From the human T2T-CHM13v2.0 reference genome, Homo sapiens, in NCBI RefSeq assembly GCF_009914755.1, contig NC_060926.1: DNA of 64,000 nucleotides, one strand, 5' to 3'. The position numbers and the translations under genes are program-made. Each line of letters starts with the position of its first letter. Position 1 is the stretch's first letter. Positions 53,361-64,000 of this stretch are shown here, piece by piece. The notes under the pieces were generated by a model, which made no database searches, was not told the origin of the DNA, and saw nothing but the letters and a program-made list of their open reading frames with translations.

Positions 53361-55198
53361 CTGTAAGAGAGGAGGGGAAAAAAGAGTTGAATTAAGTTGA
53401 CTAGTCACCATTTAATAAAGATTACATACAAGGTATTGTTTTAAAATGTGCTTTGGACAACAGCTGCTTTCCTCCAATTTTACTTCTGAAAAACTACATG
53501 TAGTAGAAGCAAGATTCTTGACATCTGGGTAAATTTAAGACATCTCTTTCATGGATAATTGATATTCCAAAAGGCACACTTTCAAGGGAATTGAGCCGCC
53601 TTCTTCCCAGAGGTTGTCACAGAGAAGGCGCACAGCTGCCTGCACAAAGGACATCCTTTTGTGTACTTTAACACAACCCCTTTAATCCACTCTCCCCATT
53701 TCACAAGAAAAACGGGGCTCCAAATTCTTACTTTTAATAACTGGTGAAATCAGAGCAATGATGTCTGTTTAGAGCCCATTGACAAATACTCACAATAGGG
53801 GAAATCATTCTAAAGGGTATGGGGCATTTAATGAGTGCAGTCCCTTAGTCAGTATTCACAAAACCATCAAATACTAACAGCTTGAAAGTTATTCAATGTT
53901 TTTATTTTATTGATGATGAAACATCAACATTTTATTGATGATAACACAGGAAGGTACAAGACTTGTTCAAGGACACATAATAGAGACGTACGAAAACTAA
54001 AATTCATTTCCCTTATTCTTAGATTATATCTAAGCTAAGTTGAAGCAAAGATACCGTTATCCAAAATGAACGCCCTCTTCACTTCTTCATATGCAAAGCC
54101 TCATTATGAATCATTCTAACTATAAAGTTGTTGCTGTTAACTTTAGAATTTCATAATATAAGGTGGCAAAGAGAAACATGTGCTATGTCCTCTGCCTCTG
54201 AGAAGCATTCTTTAACAGGACTGTCAACTCTACCATGAAATCAGTTGATTTCTAAAGCATGTGGATTTGTCCTTAATCAGTTGCACAGAATACCTGTGCT
54301 GTAGGCCCTTGTCAGAACACATAACCTCAAACTGTCTGTGGTTCACCCTTCTTCAAACCTCAGTTGAGAGAAATCACACGGAGGAAGAAGGGTTTAAAGT
54401 ACACACAGTCCATCCTTTCCTGTAGAAGTTTTAAATCAGAATGTTAGAAACCTGAAGATTTGGGCCACATTCTCTTGACTCTTTGTGGGGTTCTCATCAT
54501 TATTTGAACTAGGCAGCAGGAGTATGGAATCAGCTTACACTAAGAATCCTTACGGAAAATCTTTTTCAAAATTGTATTAATCAAAGGAAAATATTTGAGG
54601 ATGTTATTTTGCAGTATTGCTCATTATCTCCTTCATGTAGAGATCCTAAAGGTTTCTGTTGGTTTTCTTCCCCCTGGGTTCTTATTGTACATAAAGATCT
54701 CTTTCTTATAAGTTAGCATGCTTACAATTTTTTTTGGTTTGATTAGCTTTAGGCTTGACGGATGGTTTAACTTTTTTAAAAAATCACATTTTAACACTAT
54801 ATACATGTTTGTTAAATAAAGATAACTTATTATGTCTCTTAAATGAGATTCTTTAAAATTTTCCTGTAGAGTTATATCACATGTGTTAAAAATGTATGTA
54901 CTAAATTAATTACTGAAAATGAGCAAAAAGTAATTCTGTTAAAATAAGAAAATAATGCATGCTTACAAAAAGGTCTGAGCTAAAAAAAATCTTTAAAAAA
55001 ATCTCCATAAGTCTTTGAATAACGTTTGAATTTTCATTGGACTTTTGCTGTTTGTTTATTAGCTGAGTCAGTCTACACAATACTAAAATGCCTTACAATG
55101 ACATGTATTTAAAAGTAAGGGTCATGAGAAATATGGTGGAAAATAATAAGTCCAGGGGAAAATATATACTAAAGTCTCTGCAGCTATTAAAATTACCC

Positions 55199-55512
55199 AG
55201 CCAGAAGTGATGGCACACGTGTATAATCCCAGCAGTTTGGGAGGCCAAGGTGAAGAGGATTGTTCAAGCCCAGGAGTTGGAGACCAGCGTGGGAAACATA
55301 GCAAGATCTCGTCTTTACTATTAAAAAAAAAAAAAAAGAAAAAAAAAAAGAAAATCTGGGCATGGTGGCACACACCTGTATTCCCAACTACTCAGGAGGC
55401 TGAGGTGGGAAGATCACTTGAGCCCCGGAGGCTGAGGCTGCAGTGAGCCATGACTGTGCACTGAACTCCTGCCTGGTTGACAGCGTAAGACCCTGTCTCA
55501 AAATAAATAAAT
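55199..55512 (+). mobile_element. AluJ with an expanded middle A-rich linker
   Basis: Diverged Alu; about 30-nt A run at 55323-55353; TSD aaaattaccc on both sides. Confidence 0.9.
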
Positions 55513-55559
55513 ATTTTAAAAATTACCCTATCTACATGGACCCTGAGTTTCCTAACAAC

Positions 55560-55785
55560 CAAACACATACGTAGGGCTCTATACATTTTATAAATACTAA
55601 CTCTGGTATTCTTCATAACAGTTCCATGAGGGAGATGCTATTTTATCTTCATTTTACAGATGAGAAAATTAAGGCACAGGGTGATTAAGCAATTTGGCTA
55701 AGGTCACACAGCTGGAAAGAGAAAAGCTATGGTTCAGATCCACACAGTCAGGCTCCAGAGTCTGGTCCTTAATCATTACACCAGG
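55560..55785 (-). mobile_element. MIR
   Basis: cattttacagatgagaaaattaaggcacag...aaggtcacacagct...ggctccagagtc. Confidence 0.8.
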
Positions 55786-57630
55786 CTGAGTTTAGGACTG
55801 TTGTGCCATCCTATAGCTGTAGCTAGCAGATTTGGTAAATCTAGCTGTTTTTACTACCTGTTTTATCTCTCCTGCTAGAATAGCATCACTAAGGGGCCTT
55901 GTATTGTTCTTTGAAGTTAGTAGACATGTATCAATCAATGTATGTTTAAAATAATTTTGGAATAAATTGTAAGCAACTGATATGTGGATATAATAGAATA
56001 TTAAAATGATTCTTTTTGTTGCAGTTTCAGCTGAGATGTTAACATGATAACATAATAAGTCAAAAACACATTACTGTTTCCATCTTACAAAATGAAGTAT
56101 AAAGTTACTTAAGCCAGTCTTGCAAAGGAGAACACTGAGAACTGCTTTTAGGGTCCTGAATTAATTACCTACTTCTAGTCCATCAAAATGCAGAAAAAGG
56201 CAAGAGGAGACTGACAATTAGAAGAGGATTTTTGGAGACAGTTGAGATGTGATGTGATTTCCACATACTGCAGGGTGGAAGTCTGCTTTTCCCTATCTCA
56301 AGTGCAGGAGAAAGGGACATTAGTGGAACATCTAAGAAAATTTGATATGTGTCTTCTGGGACTTGGTGGGTGGCAGCGGTCAAGGTAGTGAGCAAACTAG
56401 TATTTGACTATAACTGAGAAATCTTCAAGGGAAGAGACTGTGGCTTGCTGATGCCCAGTGGCCAAGCAAAGAGATATTGATGTACCAGGAGCCACTTGTG
56501 CATTAGGGTTTGTTAGGACAAAGGACACTTGTGGACCCTAGGTTAGAGTCTGTGTAGAATTGTATTGTATCCTGTTTAGCAGGGTTACTAAAGGGATTGG
56601 GCTGAGTGGTGAAGAAAACTGAGAAAAGAAAAGAAAAAAAAAAAAAGAACTTGGAATTGCAGTGATAGATGACCAGATGGTGAGGTGGGAATCCTAAATG
56701 ACCATCTGAAGGAAGTGCATTTACTACCTCAATGGAATTGCAGGTAAATTCTAATAATGGGGTTAAGGTCTGTAAAGAACCAAATGCTTCCGAAAAGTGC
56801 CTCCTTAAGAACTTTAAGTATAGGCTAAGCTCAACTAGATGGCTACAATAATACTAGCCAAGTAAGGTCATTTCTGCCCTTTATGTCTTCTTTCTTCTGC
56901 TTCATCCCTGGAGGAATAAGAGAGGGAGAGGAATAGTGAAAGCCATGGAAACAATCGTGTTCCTCCCAGTGCAAGTGGGGGCTCCATTGTGGCTGAAGCA
57001 GGGATAATGAAGAGGCTTTAACTGACTTCTGCTATTACAGAGGAGTAAGCTGATTTTACTTTTTATGTCTAAAAGTGAACGGATGACCTTTTTACTATCC
57101 AAGAGGGAGCAAAGCACTGTTGAGACTCCCTGTGGACTTCCCTGGTGGTTAGAAAGAAATATTTTTACAGAACAAGTTTAATTCCTGTTACACCTTGGGA
57201 AGTACTTTCAACACAACAAGTACAGGAAGATATCTGTTACTCTAGGGTTGCCCATTGTTTTAGGGTCTCGTCTATTATAGACCTGGTTCTTATCCAGGAT
57301 ACACTGGAAAAAATTCTTGCAGTTTCCTACTTATTATGAAACTTATTATGGAAGTAGGCCATAAGAGCCTATTTTCATCAGAGTATTAATTATTAAGAAG
57401 GTCTAGATTCAGTGAATAGAAGCATTGCAATGTTAAAGGTGAAAAATGCACTAAACTCTGAAATAAGTCCCTTTAACTTAACCTTAAAACTTTCTGCAAT
57501 ATGAAATGCAAAATGCTCATTTTCTAGGTGCAGAAATCTCCAGATTTCATAGGATTTGGTTTTTTTGCAACACAATAAAATAAACAATTTAGAAACAATG
57601 AGCATCCGTGATGCTTGGAGAACATCCGAC

Positions 57631-57865
57631 TTTTTTTTTTTTAATTTTATATATATATTTTTTTATTATACTTTAATTTCTAGGGTACATGTGCACAACG
57701 TGCAGGTTTGTTACATATGTATACATGTGCCATGTTGGTGTGCTGCACCCATTAACTCGTCATTGACATTAGGTGTATCTCCTAACGCTATCCCTCCCCC
57801 CTCCCCCCACCCCACAACAGGCCCCGGTGTGTGATGTTCCCCTTCCTGTGTCCAAGTGTTCTCAT
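57631..57865 (-). mobile_element. L1PA (approx. L1PA4-5) 3' end, 5'-truncated
   Basis: Poly-T, then tctagggtacatgtgcacaacgtgcagg...ccctcccccctccccccaccccac...gtgttctcat; degenerate TSD cat(cc/tt)gactttt. Confidence 0.92.
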
Positions 57866-59507
57866 ATCATTTGACTTTTAAATGACGCCCATCTCTTCTT
57901 GGAGATGTTCAGTTGTTGCCTCAACTTCAAATGTCTTTGACATCTCATGGATTTAAACTCTAGAGTTAGCTAGAATGGAACTGAAGGCTATCAAAATAAG
58001 GGTTCAAACAACAGGCCCGACCCTAATTCAGACATTATCTACTTCACCCCAAGTTGCATCAGGCTTTGAAAAACAGTTTAATTATAAATGATCGCCAAAG
58101 AGTTTTCCCTGAAAACAATAAATTTAAAATACACATAAAGCACAAAATACTAATAACAAGCATATTTATAAGACCGGTATTTACTATTTAATTCAGAAAC
58201 TATAGATATTCTTACAACACAACCATCTCATGTTTATAGGATAGCAAGTCATTTAAATTATATAAGCAATAAAACGTGCTAAACTTTCTTGCCAATGCGT
58301 AATTACAATTTAAAAGAATTCATTTCAAACTCTTATTCTCTGGGATTAAATATGATTGTCTTGGCAAATTCTCATGAATATTGCATTAGCAAAACCAGAA
58401 GTCATTTCACTGGACATGTCTTTATCTCCCTGTACATGTCTTGATCTCCCTGTACTGTATATTCCTTGAAATAGATAACTGGCTCAAATCATAATTTCAA
58501 AAATCTCTTATAAGAATATCAGTAACGAGGCATTTATAATTTAATGAAGACTTTCCATGGATTCATTAAATAAACAGTGACAATGGTAATTATTGATTTT
58601 TTTACAAAAGCTCATTTCTGAATAAAGATTATATTATTAAACCAAGTTAAAGGGAAACATCATGAAATATGACACTGGGAAGGTCCCTGAAATTTCTAGC
58701 AAGTGGCACCATAGTTTAATGCACTGTCTAATTCCATATGAAATAACATATGCACTTGTAAGTTTTATGTTTTAACTAAGATTAAGATTTAATGGTGTAA
58801 TCAATATCTTGGGTATACTTCAAGCAAGATGTCTGCATGTTACAGATGCATATATAATATGTGCCTATGAAATGGATAAAGCAGAATACACGTAAGTAAA
58901 GATTTCGGTCTACATGTGGCATACAGACATGTTACATAAGATTTTAGTGCACTGTTTCCCCTCACCCCATTCTTGGATTGTTATATAGAAATGTTTGGCT
59001 CAACTATGCTCAGGAACAGAGACCAGTAACAAATAAAAATGTCTCTCTCTGTGTCTGTTTACTATACTCCTAGAGAGAAGGACCAAACATTGTGAGCAAG
59101 TGTGCAACTCAGGAGGGCATGTAGATTAGCAGGGAGCCCTGTTTACGTTCTGTAAACTTCTGTCATGCACCATAGTACAGTCCAGTACTCCAGGGCCCCA
59201 CTTTGGACAGAACTCAACAATGTCTTTAAATGCTCTCTCTATGCTTGTACTCATTTCAGAATACAGAAAGACTCCCATAGTCCAAATCTACATTGTTGAT
59301 TGAAACCAGAGTTGGGTGAATGGAATGTTTTGCTTCTCCAGAGACTAATCCTCACCAGGGAGCAAAGGTTTTAAGGCATGAAGGGGAGTCTGGAGCCTAT
59401 AGTCACAGTTGTTGGACTATGCAACACTGCAGACAGTATCAGAGAGCCATCTGTTATCTCACCTAAAAACAAACACACTCAGATAATTGCTAATTTAGCC
59501 CAAACAC

Positions 59508-59803
<296 letters not shown>

Positions 59804-61200
59804 ACCCAAATACATTTCTAAGTGAATTACTTAGAGGCCCTCTTGGCTGGTAGAGACTCTGTTTACCAATTTAGATGGCCTATAATGGTAAGAAGTGGTT
59901 TTAATCTAGTTGTTTTAACCTGGCACTGAGATATACATGCCATCCTCTAACCCCCAAAAAGCAACACCACCACATCAAAAACAAGAAGTTCCTGCTGCCC
60001 TGTCTCCTATTTTCTCCATTAAATAGCGTCTGTTTAAAATTCATTCAGGTAACTAATAAAAAGTATGTAATATGCACCCAGCATTTTCCTACTACTGGGA
60101 GGAGAATAAAAACAGGTAAAGTCTGTTTTCTGCTCCTGGGAAAACTTTCAATCAAATTGGGAAGGTAAATCGTGCATGCAAATACTCATACCCACAAAAG
60201 AGTTGAGGGAGTGGCGGGGAAAAGCACAGGTGCATTGGGGGAAGCATCTGAAGGATCTCTGGAAGCCTCAAACTGCCATGGGAGCAAACCAGCATTTGGA
60301 CAGCTCTAACACTACCAGCAGGTTCTAATGCAACTCCCAGGGACATAGAAGTTATGTTCTGTCTACCTTCTATCTCTCCTTTCAGGCCCCACATACCAGA
60401 CTACTCACTATGTGCCAGGTATTGAGCTCTATACAATGTATCTCATCTAAAACTCCCAGCAGACCTGAAAGGTAAGTGCCATTGTCTCTATCTCCTTGGA
60501 AACTTTAATCTTGCTGAAATCACACAGCCAATAATTATGGGTACTGAAATATGACCAATTTGGTGGGGCATTCTAAAACTGAATAATGTCAGTTGTGTCA
60601 GTGTTCCAGGAAAATGTCTTGAAACTAAGGCACCCTTAGAGGATGAGTCAAGAGGAGGGTTACTACAGGGTGCATGGTTTTGTTTTTGGTTTTAGTGTTT
60701 TTTTTTTTTTTTTTGGCTAGTTACATTTTGTAGCACTACACAATAAGGAATCAGAAGTGGGCAAGATATGTGGGCAATACCACCTCAGAAACATCTCATT
60801 TAGGAGTAATACATTTTTAAAAAACAGCCTTTTCATTTCCCCATCAAATCTTCATTAAGGATAGTGTATCTTTTCTAATATGTCTCCATCCTACAGGATG
60901 CTGTAGCTCCTTCAATGAGACTATATTCTGGCAGCGATATTAACTTCCTGGAGGCTTAAATTCATCTCTTGGTCCTAAGAATGTCTAATAAAATTTTCTA
61001 AGCCTGTGCCAGTCCTCCTCCACACACTGCCTTAGGTGTTAGTTTTTATATGCCCATTTCAACCCCTCAAACCTATTAAAAACAACTTTAGGGTAGGAAA
61101 AAAGCCTGGTGTATTCCTCATTGTATCCTTCACCACACTTCCCAGAATACCTTTCTTTACTTTTGCAAATTTCCAATATTCTTTCACATCAATTTTCTTT

Positions 61201-61333
61201 TTTTTTAATTGAGATATAATTCACATATCATAACATTTGCCCTTTTAAAGTATATGGTTCAGTGGTTTTAGTATATTCACAAGGTTGTGCAACCATCACC
61301 ATTATTTAATTTCAGAACATTTGCATCATGCTC
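61201..61333 (-). mobile_element. L1MB-like 3' end fragment
   Basis: aattgagatataattcacatatcata...gtatattcacaaggttgtgcaaccatcacc; direct repeat caattttcttt at 61190-61200 and 61334-61344. Confidence 0.8.
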
Positions 61334-64000
61334 CAATTTTCTTTTGATGAGATAATGCATACAAAATTCTTAGCACATTTAATGGCTACATAGTTCCTGT
61401 TAGCTATTAGCATTATTATTATTATTGCTACAATTATTGTTGTTATTCATCACTTTGAAAAACAATGTTTAGCTTCACCGTAGTTTGATGGAAGTTAATT
61501 AAAATATTGCTTCAATTATATAGACATTTCGGTTTTGCTAGAGGATACATTTTTAATGATTACAACTTGTGAAGCAGGGTATCTATTTTGTAAATGGGAA
61601 AGCTAAAGCTCAGAAAGGCTGAGACTTGGCCAAAGTCAGAGCATCTATCTATGACTTGGATCAAGAGAGGATATTCTAAAATCTACCTGTGCTCAACTGT
61701 AAGATAAGTGGTTCTCCCGTTGATTATGCTGAGGCAGAGCATGCTTGATTAGACAACATCCATGTCCCCTCCCATCTCAATATTATGGTTCTAGGGAAAT
61801 CCTAAATGTAAGGCAAAGCAGTTCTCACAGAAAAAATTTAGATATTACTAGTTGAGTTTTTTGAAACACATTGAAGGTGCCTAAGTTTGAATTTGAGTCT
61901 CTCTTAGATTTCCTTCAAAATTTAAAAAAATAGAAAAACTCTAAGATTTTATTGTGTTTTTAAATCAGAGATTCTCCAATTTAGGAGGAGAAAGAGGACT
62001 TTGCATTAGGTTGAAGTATCAGTAATCTGTGAAGCCTTTTGTGAACCATGTATGTTTCTTCCCAAGAAAGTATAATCTCTGATGGAAGCGCTTGCCATTA
62101 TTGGGAAGAGCCCCTGCCTTGTCAGGTATGTAGGATTTAGTGGTCGTAAAGTGAGAAAAAGGATGGACAGATCTTGAGCTCCAATGATAACATCAAAACA
62201 CTTCAGTGCTTCTATTTCCTCATTGTCTCTCCTTAGATGAAATTAAATAAAAAATCAAAACAATGTCAAGATGAATTTAGTCCACTAAGTGACTGGCTGC
62301 TGGATCTTTGAATGGGGTAATAATCTTGATATCGGTATTTTAAGATATTCTCAATTTTGTTTCACTAATAAAGCCAATACTGGATTATTCTTTACACAGT
62401 ATTTGAGAAGACATTCTCAAACCATTATGAAGTTCTCCAGTGTGGCCATGGGTACAGACATATCATCAAGCCTTTTCGTGATACTTCCCCCTTCCAAATA
62501 GCATACGTTTGCAGATATCACGATAGCTGTAGAATAAAATAAAGCTACCTTAGCCTCTTGTGAATCAGAGTCATCTCATTGAGATAATTAATTCTGTATC
62601 TCCATCCACTGAGACAACAACTACTATGAAGTTGAAATAGTTGCCTTTAAATGTGTCCTTATGTGTAAAGAATGTCTTTTATTATTTTTCTCCCTGAATA
62701 ATCAATGAGCAGAAATCAAATAGAACAAGAAAGAGGCATTGACTTGGTGGCCTATGTAACCTTCTTAATTTTTCACAGGTAATACTTTCCATTTGGATAG
62801 TTAGCCTAGTGGTCTGGCATCATAACAAATACTTTAGGTTGCTGTATGAAAATCTCAGCGTCACACTGAATTAAGTTAAGCCTTTTCCAAAGTGTAATGA
62901 GCTGATCAGATGTGTATTACTTGTTTTTGTTCATTTTTTTATATTTAAAAATTATTGTTGCTTTAAAGACCCTTGTTGGAATGTTAAATTACTTTTTCTT
63001 GTACAGTCACATTGTACAGTAATTCAGGAAACTATGGGCAATACATTGTGTTTCAGGTGCTGATTAAAAACACAATCTTTGTTTATTCTGCATCTGCCTG
63101 AATCCTTGTCTTTGGACCATTGCACTCTTTGATATTACCTCCACCAGGAACTGAACAGGAAAGGGGCATTCTATCAATTCTGCTAATTGTTGACATTTTT
63201 TATGTAAAAAGGTTTTCCTATAAAAGAGCTTTGGGATTATTTGTGGATTTCATTTACTTGTTATATCCCAGGATCATCATTTTCCAGGAGACCTGACTAT
63301 ATAATTACAATCTAACTCTAATGTTCCAAATTTCCATAGCACAAAGCCCAACATTTTTCAGACAAATAGACAGAACATCCTTGGATTGTAATTTTAGTCC
63401 TCTGCATGGCAAATGTAACCTTAGTAACTCGGTTATAGGTAAAACAAAATGAACCTTCGTATTTTAGAAAATCCTTAAAAGACGTGAAAACATATCAAGA
63501 GATTAATGTAATTATTTTCAGTGCTTCCATTGATATAAGCCATAAGCTACATACAGTAAACTGGGAATGGAAAGATCAGTTTGGAAGGAGCACTATTTTT
63601 TTAAATTCTATTTGTGAATCATGACTTGCAACCTAAAAACAAGAGTGAGGAAATGTTTTCAAGTGTGTTTGATGGACTGACTTCCTAATGATGCTATGTT
63701 AGTTTTCACAAGCCTCAAGAAGAGCCCTACCTTGAAATGCATCCCAAGAGAAAAGCTGACAGTGCTAACTTTTTTCTTTTCGTTTTCTCTTTCTTATTGA
63801 CTTCTAGTCCAGGACTAGCTGTCCGACATCCTTAGGAAAAAAATGTGTGTATATGGGCATAGAAATGCATTTACCAATGAATATTTTCTAAAGAATCAGC
63901 AAAACTCTGTTATCCCTGAAGTGGTAAGTAATAATTCCTACAGCCATCAAAAATAAATCTATGTTCATGTGTGTGATTGTGGCACAACAGAGGAGAATAT

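Noticed and set aside
53151-53411. The 86-aa ORF as a standalone gene
   Set aside because: Only 53189-53360 is exon; the ORF ends are intronic read-through across clear splice sites.

Overview
AT-rich primate (most likely human) genomic DNA lying entirely inside the neurexin-1 gene (NRXN1), which is transcribed on the minus strand. Three coding exons with canonical AG/GT boundaries are present. In transcript order they are a 172-nt exon (53360-53189, LNS6 domain), the 90-nt alternatively spliced site-4 (SS4) cassette exon (16901-16812, missing from the ORF track), and a 320-nt exon (15448-15129, end of LNS6 plus the Ser/Thr-rich stalk). The rest is intron filled with Alu, L1, L2, MIR, MaLR (THE1/MLT1), LTR12 and DNA-transposon relics. 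Nearly all other ORFs in the track are repeat-derived or spurious. I found no new gene system. The best leads are regulatory: (1) an RNA stem-loop inside the SS4 exon that pairs the exonic part of its weak 5' splice site and has a mutually exclusive competitor hairpin; (2) a decoy/poison acceptor 36 nt upstream of SS4; (3) an LTR12 with intact promoter motifs in sense orientation upstream of SS4, which could drive a truncated neurexin; (4) a closely spaced inverted AluY pair; and (5) several templated-insertion and palindrome scars. Repeat subfamily calls come from remembered consensus sequences, not from a RepeatMasker run.
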